64,000 nt of DNA from an uncultured delta proteobacterium (GTDB taxonomy: Bacteria > Myxococcota_A > Polyangia > Polyangiales > Polyangiaceae), in NCBI GenBank assembly GCA_963696385.1, contig CAVOKF010000005.1, forward strand, positions 864,001 through 928,000, given 5' to 3'. This document shows, in pieces, positions 29,290 to 39,669 of this stretch. The translations under genes and the position numbers were made by a program. The notes under the pieces were generated by a model. The model made no database searches. It was not told the origin of the DNA and saw nothing but the letters and a program-made list of their open reading frames with translations. Every line of letters starts with the position of its first letter. The stretch's first letter is position 1.

Positions 29290-29970
29290 GTGCCGCGCGA
29301 AACACCCTCTCTTCCCTCCACGCTCGAGATCGGCGGCTCCGGCCCGGGCGACCAAGTCGACCCGGATCTCGTCAGCTTGCCGGATCCTCCGCGGGCCAGG
29401 CAGTGGCTCGCGATGCTCGTGCTCGTCGTGGGGACCGTCGCAGCCGTTGCCATGGCGGTCCTGCTGCGGCGCGACGCCGCTTATGCGTTTGCGTCCACGA
29501 CCCCGTCCGGGGTGGTCGACCTGCGGACGGCGACGCAAGAGGCGCTGGCTGCGCACGACAACGCCTTGATCCGAGCGGAGGGGCTGCTCGGGGCCGCAGG
29601 GGGGATTCGCTACGAGCGACCGCTTCGAGACGACACGTTTCGAGCCCTGCCCATCGTCGGCCGTACCGAAGGCGACGGCGTGTGGGTCGAAGTCCGAGTC
29701 CCGTCGGGTCAAGAAAGCGGTCGATGGGAACCACCTCGGGCCTTCGTCGGGCGGCTCGTTCGCTTCGACGAAGTGGGGCCGCGTCATCGCGGTATCGCCC
29801 GCACGATCGAAGAGACGACGCGGATGCGCGTCGGGCCGAGTGCGTTTCTGCTCATCGATGGGGAAGAGCCCACCCGGGAGCGCTGGGCAGTCCTGCTTTG
29901 GGTGATGTTTTTGGGCTTTGCCGCGTGGAACGCCGTCGCTCTGGCGCGGCTCGCTCGACCCGTAAAGTGA
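29290..29970 (+). CDS. Hypothetical membrane protein (two TMs)
   Basis: N- and C-terminal TM helices flanking a globular region; ends 8 nt before thiO. Confidence 0.7.
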   Translation: MPRETPSLPSTLEIGGSGPGDQVDPDLVSLPDPPRARQWLAMLVLVVGTVAAVAMAVLLRRDAAYAFASTTPSGVVDLRTATQEALAAHDNALIRAEGLLGAAGGIRYERPLRDDTFRALPIVGRTEGDGVWVEVRVPSGQESGRWEPPRAFVGRLVRFDEVGPRHRGIARTIEETTRMRVGPSAFLLIDGEEPTRERWAVLLWVMFLGFAAWNAVALARLARPVK

Positions 29971-29978
29971 GCCGCTCC

Positions 29979-31040
29979 ATGAAAGTCGCGATCATCGGCG
30001 GTGGCGTGATGGGATGCACGACAGCACTGTCGCTCGCTGAACGAGGCATGCACGTCGTGGTCTTGGAGCGTGCGGTGCCGGGGGCCGAGGCGTCCAGTGC
30101 GGCCGCAGGAATCCTGGGTGCACAAGCCGAGCTCAAGGGGCGTGAAGCCGACGCGGCGATCTTCGTTCGAGCGCGCGACGCCTGGCCGGCCTGGGCTCGA
30201 GCGCTCCGCGAAGGAAGCGGCATCGACGTGGGGCACCGCGTTTCCGGCGTGCTTTGCGTGGGGCGCGACGAATCGGAGCACTCCGATCTGGCCCGTGAAG
30301 TCGCGTGGCAGACGCAGCGAGGGCTCACCGCGTCGTTCATCGGCGGAGCGGAGGCGCGCGCGATCGAACCCGAACTGGGCGCCCAGTTCGCAGCGGCTGC
30401 CCACTTCCCCGACGACGCACAGGTCGACCCCCCGGCCCTTCTGCGCGCGCTGACCGTGATGCTCACGCGCAGCGACCGCGTCACCGTTCGCAGCGGGACA
30501 ACCGTGGATCGGCTGATCGTCGAGCGCGATCGCTGCGTGGGCGTTCGGCTCGACGATGGAGAGACGCGGGCCGACGCCACCGTGATCGCGGCCGGAAGCT
30601 GGTCGTCGTTGATCCCGGGGGTGCCCTCGGCACTTCCCGTCGTGCGTCCCAATCGAGGGCAGCTCGTGCTTCTCGACGAACGGCCCCCTAAAGTCCGCAC
30701 GATCGTCTTTGGCGCTGGCTCCTATCTGGTGCCCCGTGGCGATGGCCGCGTGGTGTGCGGGTCGACGATGGAGAACGTGGGCTTTCGTCGGGAGGTGACC
30801 GCCGCGGGCGTGCACGCCATCCTTTCGGGGGCGCTGGCGTGCGTTCCGTCGCTTGGCCTGGCGCAATTGGCAGCCACCTGGTGTAACTTTAGACCGCGGC
30901 CCGAATCCGGCCAGCCGCTCGTCGGGGCCTCGCCCCTGCCTGGGTTATTCCTGGCGACGGGACACGATCGCAACGGGATCCTGCTTTCCAAGATCACCGG
31001 GGACCTGGTGGCCGATGCCGTTCAGTCGTTCACGGGTTGA
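29979..31040 (+). CDS. thiO: Glycine oxidase (DAO family)
   Basis: IIGGGVMG, EASSAAAGIL, AQVDP, AAGSWS, RGQL, YLVPR.DGR..GSTME and ATGH.RNGILL. Confidence 0.85.
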   Translation: MKVAIIGGGVMGCTTALSLAERGMHVVVLERAVPGAEASSAAAGILGAQAELKGREADAAIFVRARDAWPAWARALREGSGIDVGHRVSGVLCVGRDESEHSDLAREVAWQTQRGLTASFIGGAEARAIEPELGAQFAAAAHFPDDAQVDPPALLRALTVMLTRSDRVTVRSGTTVDRLIVERDRCVGVRLDDGETRADATVIAAGSWSSLIPGVPSALPVVRPNRGQLVLLDERPPKVRTIVFGAGSYLVPRGDGRVVCGSTMENVGFRREVTAAGVHAILSGALACVPSLGLAQLAATWCNFRPRPESGQPLVGASPLPGLFLATGHDRNGILLSKITGDLVADAVQSFTG

Positions 31041-32277
31041 AATCCGGCGGCGGCGCCGGGGCAGGGCGCGATTCGGGCGGCGTCGAATCGGTGGGCGGTG
31101 CCGCAGCCGGGTGTGGCTTGGTAGCGGGAGCCACCTTCGGCGGGGGCGCTGCAGCAGGCGCGCGCTGTGGGGGCGACGCGTCTTTGTGTAACGACTTCGC
31201 TTCCTTTTTGCTCTCCTTGTCGGCGGGGATCGGCCGCTCGCGAGCCGCTGGCGGCCGAGCGGCGCTCAGCGCGTCCCCCTTTGAGACGTCGAAGCTCGGT
31301 GGCGTGTTCGGATCGCATCCGGGGGCGAATCCCGTCGCGTCGAACTCGTTCGTTAGGCTCCCGGATCGAACTTCGTGGCCCTTGGCGTCGTTGAGGGCCG
31401 CCTCGATACGCACGTCGTGCTTGCCGGCGCGTGACGGCGAACAATACGAGAGCAAGTAAAAACTTCGCGTTCGGCCCTCGATCTGGGCCCCGATCTCATC
31501 GAACGCTTTGACGATGGCATTCTTGTCGGCGGCCATCGCTTTGCCGCTCTTTCCGATCGCGTCGAGGCGCGATGGCCGGATCTCGCCCCCTAGACCAATG
31601 GCAAAGACGTCGAAGGGCATTTCCCTAACGTGCTGGAGCATCGCGGCCTCCGGAACGCGGCTTGCGCGATCGGTACCATCCGTGAAGACGACCAGCGTGC
31701 CGAATCTCAACGGTTGGGGAGCGCGGCTCAGCGCAACGTCCAGCTCATCGAGTGCTTTGACCACCGCTCCGTTCAAGTTGGTGCTCGGGTCCCGCGGCTT
31801 GAACGTCGAGAGCTGCGCTATGCCCGCTTTGGCGCTGCCGGGCTGGTCGGTAAATGGCACGATCGGGTACAGGTCGGGGGTGCCGTCGAAGGCATAGACG
31901 CCGACCTTCTCTTGCTTCTCGATCCGCTCGGTAAAGGTCCTGACCGCCTGCACGAGACTGTCCACGCTACCGCTGCCGCTCACGCTTCCGCTCATGTCGA
32001 CCAGCAGCAACGTGTAGTGCGCCGCTGCGACCTCGGGGTTGACGATCGTCTGCTTGCTCTCGTACCGCGAAACAAGCTGCCCGTCTTCGTAGATGCGAAA
32101 TTGGTCGGCCGTCAGTCCGGCAACGGGACCGCCCCCTTCGGTCTGGACTTTGAAATAGACCGCCACGTTGCTCGGCCGCTGCTCGGCCGTCTTGACCGTG
32201 GTGAGCTGAAGACCCGCGCAACCGATTCCGAAATCGAGGACCAAAACGGCGACGAGAAGGTGGAGCGCGCTGTTCAC
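31030..32277 (-). CDS. VWA-domain lipoprotein
   Basis: Lipobox-like GIGC; GLTADQFRIYEDG, MIDAS DMSGS, STNL, VVFTDG and YLLSY.SP; Pro-rich tail. Confidence 0.85.
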   Translation of the reverse strand: MNSALHLLVAVLVLDFGIGCAGLQLTTVKTAEQRPSNVAVYFKVQTEGGGPVAGLTADQFRIYEDGQLVSRYESKQTIVNPEVAAAHYTLLLVDMSGSVSGSGSVDSLVQAVRTFTERIEKQEKVGVYAFDGTPDLYPIVPFTDQPGSAKAGIAQLSTFKPRDPSTNLNGAVVKALDELDVALSRAPQPLRFGTLVVFTDGTDRASRVPEAAMLQHVREMPFDVFAIGLGGEIRPSRLDAIGKSGKAMAADKNAIVKAFDEIGAQIEGRTRSFYLLSYCSPSRAGKHDVRIEAALNDAKGHEVRSGSLTNEFDATGFAPGCDPNTPPSFDVSKGDALSAARPPAARERPIPADKESKKEAKSLHKDASPPQRAPAAAPPPKVAPATKPHPAAAPPTDSTPPESRPAPAPPPDFNP

Positions 32278-32370
32278 GGCCGCAGTCTAACGCCACCGCC
32301 GGAAGTTTGTCCGTTCGCCTGGCGTCGCCTCGTGATCCGGGTGCTGCGACCCCAACGCCGAACGGTCGCG

Positions 32371-32937
32371 TCAGCGCTCGATGGCGAACGAGCGTACGAT
32401 GGCGTCGCACGTCGATCGGTAGCGCTCGAACGCGGTGGCAGCCACCGAACACGTAACGACGTAACCGGTGCCGCGAGAGGCCAAGTCGGCCTGCATGGTG
32501 CGATAGGCCACGGTGGCAGGCGGAATAGGAGCCCAGCGTGCTTCGACGACCATCGTCGGGTCTCCGTCGACCACGTCGTCGTGGTTGCTTTCGATGGTCG
32601 CTCGCGGGTCGCGCCGAAGCGACTGTTCACTGGCGCGCGCATAATCGTACGACTCGCTTGGAAATGCTTCTCGGACCACGATCGCGTTTGCGTGGTAGTC
32701 GTCGACGGCTTGGGGATCGGCGGCTACCCAGAGGCCGTTCGTGCTAGCCTCGGGCTGCGGTTCGTTCGTCCAGGTGGATGGAACGGCGATGCGCCAGCCG
32801 CTGCCCGTCTGTTCCGTGAAGCCTGCCGGAACCTGGGGTCTCATGAAGGATGCGACTCGGGTGTGCTTCGTGCCCTGGCAACCGGCTGCGGTGAACAGCG
32901 TGGCGACAGCGAACGCCAGCGGAGCGCGGCAGAACAT
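32371..32937 (-). CDS. PsbP/DcrB-like lipoprotein
   Basis: Lipobox AAGC; WRIAVPSTW at the N-terminus and YVVTC..F..IVRSF at the C-terminus. Confidence 0.6.
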   Translation of the reverse strand: MFCRAPLAFAVATLFTAAGCQGTKHTRVASFMRPQVPAGFTEQTGSGWRIAVPSTWTNEPQPEASTNGLWVAADPQAVDDYHANAIVVREAFPSESYDYARASEQSLRRDPRATIESNHDDVVDGDPTMVVEARWAPIPPATVAYRTMQADLASRGTGYVVTCSVAATAFERYRSTCDAIVRSFAIER

Positions 32938-33041
32938 TCGCTACAGTCTAGGCGCGGACGTCGATCGCGATCGGGCAAACTCGCGCGGCGGCCGCCGGTA
33001 CGACACGTGTCGCTCCGACCCATCCCCCTCTGGAGGCAACG

Positions 33042-33356
33042 ATGCGCTGGTCCCACGACGTCGCGTACTTCTTTGGCGGGGCCTTTCTGGCCAACGCCAT
33101 TCCTCACTTCGTGAACGGCGTCTCCGGGCGCCCGTTCCAAAGTCCGTTCGCCTCGCCGCCAGGCCAGGGGTTGTCGTCGTCGACCGTGAACGTGCTCTGG
33201 GGACTCTTCAACCTTGTCGTTGGATATTGGCTCGTCTGCCGGGTCGGCACCTTTCAGTTGCGCCGGACGAGGCACGTGGTTGGGCTCGGGCTCGGGGCCT
33301 TGCTGATGTCGCTCATGCTCGCAAGGGCCTTCGGCAGGTTTTACGGAGGTCTCTGA
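33042..33356 (+). CDS. Small hypothetical membrane protein
   Basis: FLANAIPHFVNGVSGRPFQSPFA..G.SS..NVLWG; three hydrophobic segments; GGAGG RBS. Confidence 0.7.
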   Translation: MRWSHDVAYFFGGAFLANAIPHFVNGVSGRPFQSPFASPPGQGLSSSTVNVLWGLFNLVVGYWLVCRVGTFQLRRTRHVVGLGLGALLMSLMLARAFGRFYGGL

Positions 33357-33374
33357 ATCTGAGGTCGGTTCTGT

Positions 33375-34559
33375 CTAATCGCGCTTTCGCTTCTTGCGTT
33401 CTGACGGGGTCGGCTCCAGCGGCGCGATCGGTTCGCCGACGGGCGAGGCAGGGATGACGACGTGATCGGGCGAAAGGGCCGCGGGCACTTCGGCTTCCGT
33501 GTCGCCTGCGCCGAGTCTGGTGGCCGGACCGATCGCCGGGTTGCGCTGGCCCTTGCGTTCGGCCATGTGAAAGGTGAGCACGCCGCCCAGAAGAACGATC
33601 GCGATCGACGCGAGGACCAGCGCGGCGATCACGACCGGCCGCACCCGCGGCGAATGGGGCGCTCGGTCCGACGGTATCGTGGGGACGAGCGTAGGGGGTT
33701 GGGGCGCCGTGGGCGCGACGGCCAACGGTAGGGTGGTCGTCGTGTCCGCGATTGTGGGCAGAACGCCGGCTGGAGCGGGGCCGGCGGTTTCGCGGGTGCG
33801 CAGGACGAGCACAGTGACGTTGTCGTGTCCTCCCCGTGCGTTGGCGAGATCGACCAACCGGCCGACCGCTTGCGCGGCGGGTTCGTTGGCGACAACTCCC
33901 AGGATCTCGGCATCGTCGACCAAATCGGATAGACCATCGGAGCACAGGACGAAGGTATCGCCGGCCACGTGATGGACGGGTTCGGTGCGAAGCTCGACGT
34001 CCGCGTCGGGTCCTATTCCGAGCGCACGCGTGATGCGGTTCGCGTCGGGATGATGGATGGCTTGATTCGGCATGAGCAGGCCCCGGTCGACCAGATCCTG
34101 GACGATCGAATGATCGCGCGTCAGCCGGAAGATCTCTCCCTCGTGCACGAGGTACGCACGGCTGTCGCCGACGTGCGCGACCTCGGTCCCGAAGCCGTGA
34201 GTGAGCGTCGCGACGACGGTGCAGCCGGGGCGGCCTAGCCCGATCTCGCTCGTGCGAAGGACGTGCACGCGACGATTCGCTTCTTCGATCGCGGTGCGAA
34301 GGACCTCGGCCGGCGCGGATCCGTCCGCCGCGTGATCGAACATTTCGACGATGGTCGATAGCGCCAGCTCGGCCGCCTCCCGCCCCGCTGCATGCCCTCC
34401 CATCCCATCGCACACGACACACAAGTGCCCGAAGCGCGTCTCACTTCGACCGCACACGTCCTCGTTGATTTGCTTGAGCGGGTCGCGCCCCGGGTCCGAT
34501 CGCTGGCCATAATCGACCGCCGGAAGGGTCGGAACCGGCTGCATGGCAGGCTCCTTCAT
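33375..34559 (-). CDS. PP2C/PPM Ser/Thr phosphatase with C-terminal TM
   Basis: GR..NED, CDGMGGH, HVGDSRAY, LTRDHS, LCSDGL and GGHDNVT; TM VVIAALVLASIAIVLLGG; ATGA overlap with the upstream gene. Confidence 0.93.
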   Translation of the reverse strand: MKEPAMQPVPTLPAVDYGQRSDPGRDPLKQINEDVCGRSETRFGHLCVVCDGMGGHAAGREAAELALSTIVEMFDHAADGSAPAEVLRTAIEEANRRVHVLRTSEIGLGRPGCTVVATLTHGFGTEVAHVGDSRAYLVHEGEIFRLTRDHSIVQDLVDRGLLMPNQAIHHPDANRITRALGIGPDADVELRTEPVHHVAGDTFVLCSDGLSDLVDDAEILGVVANEPAAQAVGRLVDLANARGGHDNVTVLVLRTRETAGPAPAGVLPTIADTTTTLPLAVAPTAPQPPTLVPTIPSDRAPHSPRVRPVVIAALVLASIAIVLLGGVLTFHMAERKGQRNPAIGPATRLGAGDTEAEVPAALSPDHVVIPASPVGEPIAPLEPTPSERKKRKRD

Positions 34560-37145
34560 CCATCGAGCTGCACGTTGAACTCGAGGGGGCCGAAGCGAAG
34601 AGAACTCCCAGCCGGCACCGGGGTCCAGACACCGGGCTGGACCCGGATGCCGGATACCCATGTCCCGTTGTTGGAGTTTTCGTCACGCACGACGAGCAGG
34701 CTGCTGTCGAACTTCAGCGTCGCGTGCACTCCGCTCACGCGCGGCTCGGCGAGGAAGACGGAGCACTGAGCCGGGTCGCGGCCGACGCGAACCTCCGAGC
34801 CCGCGCGAATCGTGAACTGGGTATGGGTACCTCGGAGCGTGGCGCCGGTCGCCGCGAAGGGGGTCGCACCGTATGGATTCGTCGGGGGTACGAGCGGTTG
34901 GGCGCCGAGCGCTCCCGTAGGAGGAACGCCTTGAGGTTGGGCGCCCGCGCTCGCCTTGGTGACGTCGAAGGGCAGAGGCTGTCCGCACGAGAAGCACACC
35001 GAGGGCTGGCCCGGAGTCGCCATCGTCGTCATGCCGCAGGACGGACAGCGCACCTGCACGATTGGAGAATTGGGCATGGCGCTCTGGGCCGAGTCGCGCG
35101 GCCCAGCGGCATGTGGAGCCGGCATCGGAGCCGGCGCGTGCATGAAGCCCTGCGGGCCGACCGGTGGGTCCGCGCTTGGGAGCGCCGAGGTGGCGGCCAA
35201 CGGGTCGGCGGGAGGCATTGCGTACCCGGTTCCCGGTCCGCCGTATCCGGGGGGCGCGCCGCCTTGGACCGCCGGGGCGTAGCTGCCCGGCAAACCGCCG
35301 CCTTGCGCACCTGTGCCGTAGCCTCCATGGGAGGCACCGGTGCTATGCGGTGCCATAGGCCCATAGCCCCCCGAGGCTCCGCTCCCGGGCGCGGGCCCGT
35401 AGCCGGCGGGCATCGCACCGTAGCCGACCGGCGGTGGCGTGATGGCGGCTCGTCTTCGCCCGCCGCCTCCACCGCGAACGAGTACGATGGAGAGCAGAAC
35501 GATGACGACGAGAAGCCCCGCGATCCCGGCGATGAGGGGTGCCGATAGGGGCTTCTTCGTCGCCTTCAGCGTCAGCACGCTCTTGTTGTCGACCGCTGAG
35601 GCGCGGTGGGCCTTGTTGTCGTAGACCACCAATCGCGCGACGACGTTGTCACCGGCCCCGTCGAGCACCTTGTCGTCGTCGGGCACGACGAACGTCGCGA
35701 ACCCGTCGCCCGTAGCGACCGCCGCGCCCAACATGTGCTCGGCTTGAAGCTCGCGCATCGCTTTCTTCGCGACTTCGGGGTCTCGGGTGTTGGCTTGCGC
35801 GACCGACCTCGTTCCGGCCGGGATGAAATACGCTTCGGCTCGCTGCTTGTCTCCGCCCCAGCAGAAGTCGCCGTACACGCTGAATTGCCCGCCCGGATAA
35901 AGCGGTGCGCTTTGCGCCGCTTTGAGCGTTCGGGCCACGTCGACGTCCAGAGGCCACTGGGTCGGGTCGATCCCGATGGGCACGTCTCGGAACGTGCCGT
36001 CGGGCGCGATCGTCGGGTGGGTGTTCTCGAAGACGAGATTGAACGTTTGCTCGACACTCGGGTTGATGCAGCTCATCGTCCAATGAACGAGCCACATGGC
36101 GTTGAAGCGCGACCGCACCAAACCGATGATGGTTTTCGCTTTTTTGTCCCCCTGTCCCTCTTGGACGATGTCGAAGAATCCCCCAATCTCGGGGTTCGCG
36201 AGCGACTGCATGAACTGCGCTTCGTTGTTTCGATAGATGCTTTCGGTGAGGCTTGCGCTGTTCGGAAGCCAGACGGACACGACCGGCAGGGGCGTCTTGG
36301 GCAGCGACGTGTTGTCTTCGGGGAAACGCCCCCGGTCGAGATACTGGTGAAACAGGTCGGCGCTCGGACTTGCGCTCTCGGGGTCTCCTCTTCCTGCGCC
36401 GTTCGACAGGACGACCATCGCCTGGTGAAGGGGCACGGTCGCCGGCTGATCGGAGTTGCCGAGGGAGCCGAACGCGTCCACCGTCATGCTCTTGATCTCG
36501 GAGAAGAGGGCGCGATCGCGTCCGTGCGACAGGCTTGTGGACTTGAAATCGTTGAGCGCGTTTCCGAGATCGGCGCGCTGCTTGAACGTTTTCCAGGTCG
36601 TGTCGCGAACGACCTGCACGTCGTCGAAGAACATGAGGTCCATGAGAATCGTTCGGCTGCATCTGCTCGATGAACTCGTGAGCGATGGCGCGGGCGTCTC
36701 CGAAGCGCGCACCCATGCTGCTCGACGAGTCCACGGCGACGAGCCATGCCGTGCCGACGTTTGGGTCCTTCGACTTGCCCCAGGGGGTCTTGTCCACGAA
36801 CTTGGTCAGCTGGTCCTCTCCCGAGACTTTGACGAGCAAATGCGCGTTCTGCTCAGGGAAGGGAAACGGCTCCCAGAGCGCTCCAGCCTTCTCGAGCTGA
36901 TCGCTCCAGCACGAGAGCGTCGCGGCCCCGGTAGCGTTCGCGCACGGCTGAAGGGCGTCGCTCAGTCGCTTGAACTGCACGACTTCAACGACCGTCGTCA
37001 GCGTGGGCTTGCCGTCTTTGATCCCGGCGCGCGGGTCGATGCGCAAGATGTGCGCTTCGGGCGTGGCGAACGCGTTACTCGCCAGGGCGACGGAGAGCAC
37101 CGACAGCAGGGTGAGCAGGACGAAATGGAAAAGTCGTCGGGTCAT
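34556..37145 (-). CDS. Signal peptide-VWA-TM-zinc ribbon-FHA protein, one +1 frameshift at 36647-36648 (likely read error)
   Basis: MTRRLFHF.. signal and MIDAS VDSSSSM in the first frame; TM, G/P/Y-rich linker, CPSCG..CFSCG and FHA (VGRD, SGVH, SNNGT) in the second frame. Confidence 0.85.
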
Positions 37146-37189
37146 CTCCTCGAGACCTCGTCGGTTCGACAACGCACGGTACTCTCGAT

Positions 37190-38149
37190 TCAAACGCGGC
37201 CGATCACCTTTACGACGGTGGTGAATCCGCCGAAGCGAATGCGATCACCGTCTCGCAGTTCGCGCCGACCGCCGTAGCCGACATGCTCGTCGTTGATGAA
37301 TGTGCCGTTCGTGGAGCCCGTGTCCTCGATTGTGACCGTACCGCTTGCGCCGTCGACCACGAACGCTGCGTGGCGCGACGAGATAGTCGGATCCTGCAGC
37401 GCGATATCGAGACCCTCGCCTGTCCCGAAACGCCCGACGGTCAAGCGCCCCGCCGTCAGCGGCCAAAAATCGCCGCTCGGGTTGGTGCCGTATGCGACGA
37501 GAAAGCCGCGGAGGACTTTGGGCGGCGCAGGCTCGCGCGCGACGTCGGGGGGGAAGGACGCATACGGGGCGGGCGGTGGCGGTCCGCCGTAAGGAGATGG
37601 GGAGGGGTGCGCGGAGCCGCCGTAGGGCGTCCCCGGTGGGGGCCCGTACCCGGCGAGGGGCGCCAGGCCGGCCGGCGGCGCCGCCGGCGTTCCGAAGGCG
37701 GACGCGTAAGCCGCTTGCGGGGGCGGAACCGCAAACCCCGGGTCGGACCCACCGAACGGGGCGGGCGGAGCCGGGGTCCCGTACGGGCCGCCGGCGGCGG
37801 GCCGTTGGGGCGAGTAGGGCGGGGCGGCGCCGGGTTGCGCGTATCCGCCGTACGCGTCGTTCACGTGCATCGGCTCGAGGGCAATCGGGTGTCCCAGTCC
37901 GCAATAGCTCGCGCCCGGGGCGATCTCGTGGCCGAGCTGGCAGCGTGCCGTTAGGGCGCCACCCGCGCCGGCTTGGCCCGTCGCCGGATAGCCGGCCGGG
38001 CCGCCTTGCCCGGCCGAGTACGCAGTCGCGGCCGCTCCGTAAGCGATCGGATCCGCCGGCGCGCTCGACCGGGGGATGGGCGTACCGCAGACGCTGCAGA
38101 ACTTGTCGGACGGTTTGACGACGGTGCCGCATTGCGTGCATGCGCTCAT
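37190..38149 (-). CDS. Zinc ribbon - G/P/Y-rich linker - FHA protein
   Basis: CTQCG..FCSVCG and CQLGH..YCGLGH; FHA VGR, ISSRHA and GSTNGT. Confidence 0.9.
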   Translation of the reverse strand: MSACTQCGTVVKPSDKFCSVCGTPIPRSSAPADPIAYGAAATAYSAGQGGPAGYPATGQAGAGGALTARCQLGHEIAPGASYCGLGHPIALEPMHVNDAYGGYAQPGAAPPYSPQRPAAGGPYGTPAPPAPFGGSDPGFAVPPPQAAYASAFGTPAAPPAGLAPLAGYGPPPGTPYGGSAHPSPSPYGGPPPPAPYASFPPDVAREPAPPKVLRGFLVAYGTNPSGDFWPLTAGRLTVGRFGTGEGLDIALQDPTISSRHAAFVVDGASGTVTIEDTGSTNGTFINDEHVGYGGRRELRDGDRIRFGGFTTVVKVIGRV

Positions 38150-38295
38150 GGTGTCGCCTGTGTTGCCTTCTGCGCGTTGGACCGCTCTACCCACTCGGGT
38201 CGGTGGATGCGCGCGAACGACAGCATATCGAACCTGCAAGGGGAAATGCGAGCCGTAGCCCGGCACGACCCAGTGGATCGCCGAACGGACAGGGG

Positions 38296-39660
38296 TCAGT
38301 GCTCCGCCAGCGAGGCCGCGGCGAGTACGGCCACACGCAACACCTCGCGCACGGGGACGCCGTGAGTCCGTGCGGCGTGGGCGCACGCCTCGAACTCGGG
38401 TTTCACCACAGCAGGACCGAACGGTCCGCCCGCGACCTTCACGGGGATCGGCCCGTAGATCGTGTCGACCCGATGCTGGGTTCGCGGCCGTTCGACGCGC
38501 GCGACCTCGTAACGCCGCACACCGAGGCTCGTCGTTTCGCGCAGCATGGCGCGGGCGACCGTGTCGGCGCGATCGATGGAAGTCAGGGCCGAGATCGTCC
38601 ATGCAGGCCTGCCTTTCTTCATCGTGATCGGAACCGCCCACGCGTCTAGGGCGCCTACGCCGAGCAGCGACTCGATCCAGCTGCCGGCCAACTCGCCGGT
38701 GGCATCGTCGACATTGCATTCCAACACGGCGTGGGTGGCGATCGTCTCGGCGGCCCGGGGTACCCCGAGTGACGTTCCGAGTACCGCGCGAAGCAGGTTC
38801 GGCCGGTCGGCCAAATCGGTGGCTCCGGCGCCCCATCCGGTGCGTTCCGGCGCCATCGGCGGCCATCGGGACGAGCCGAGGGCGTGGGCGCCGACGATGG
38901 CGGCTCCGGTGGGCGTCACGAATTCGAAGTCCATGCCGGCGTCGTACGTGGCCAGACCCGCTAGGCACTCGACGGTCGCCGGAGCGGGCAGAGGCAATGC
39001 GCCGTGCGCGGCTCGCACGAACCCGCGGCCCATGGGCAGCGGCGACACGAATAGATCCGCCGCGAGATAGGCGAGCGCGGCCGCGCTGCCGACCACGTCG
39101 ACGACGGCGTCGACGGCGCCCACCTCGTGGAAGTGCACCTCGTCGATGGGGTTCCTGTGAATTTTTGCTTCTGCGACGGCCAGTCGATGAAATGTTCGCA
39201 AGGATCGCGCCCGAACATCGTCGTCGAGCGGGGCGTTCTCGAGCATCGCTCGAATGCTTGCGTACGTGCGAGGCGGCTGGGACCGATCCACGTGCACGTC
39301 GAACGACGTGGCGACGATGCCACTGCGGGTCCGGGTGCCGAAGTGCAAGTGAAATCCGGCCATCGGCAGCGCCGCAATCGCTTCGGAGATCGTCCGGGCC
39401 GGCACTCCGAGGTCCACGAGGGCCGCGATGATCATGTCGCCTGCGACTCCGCTGGGGGCGTCCAAGAAGAGCACCTTGCCGCGGCCGGATCCGCGCCCGA
39501 GCTCCGGGTCGGCGGCCGGTTCGATCGCCGGATCACGTCTCGAGCCGAAGGAGTCGTGCTCGTGATGGTGTTCGTGCTCGTGATTGTGTTCGTGCTCGTG
39601 ATGGCGCTCGTGCTTGCGGTTGGAATCTCCGCTGGGGTGGTCGTGCCCTTCGTGCCCCAT
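38296..39660 (-). CDS. larC: Nickel-pincer cofactor nickel insertase
   Basis: LDAPSGVAGDM, AEAKIH..VHFHEVGAVDA, HG.LP.PAPAT, TPTGAA, NVDD.TGE, MKKGRP, ETTSLGVR and KPEFE. Confidence 0.95.
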   Translation of the reverse strand: MGHEGHDHPSGDSNRKHERHHEHEHNHEHEHHHEHDSFGSRRDPAIEPAADPELGRGSGRGKVLFLDAPSGVAGDMIIAALVDLGVPARTISEAIAALPMAGFHLHFGTRTRSGIVATSFDVHVDRSQPPRTYASIRAMLENAPLDDDVRARSLRTFHRLAVAEAKIHRNPIDEVHFHEVGAVDAVVDVVGSAAALAYLAADLFVSPLPMGRGFVRAAHGALPLPAPATVECLAGLATYDAGMDFEFVTPTGAAIVGAHALGSSRWPPMAPERTGWGAGATDLADRPNLLRAVLGTSLGVPRAAETIATHAVLECNVDDATGELAGSWIESLLGVGALDAWAVPITMKKGRPAWTISALTSIDRADTVARAMLRETTSLGVRRYEVARVERPRTQHRVDTIYGPIPVKVAGGPFGPAVVKPEFEACAHAARTHGVPVREVLRVAVLAAASLAEH

Positions 39661-39669
39661 GGTCGGCCC

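Noticed and set aside
28949..29305. ORF with an apparent TM helix ([13 protein letters not shown])
   Set aside because: The hydrophobic run is the translation of the 15-nt repeat, and the ORF covers the rplS promoter.
33375..38149. Type VI secretion Fha/PppA locus
   Set aside because: No tss, hcp or vgrG genes nearby, and the FHA domains are C-terminal.
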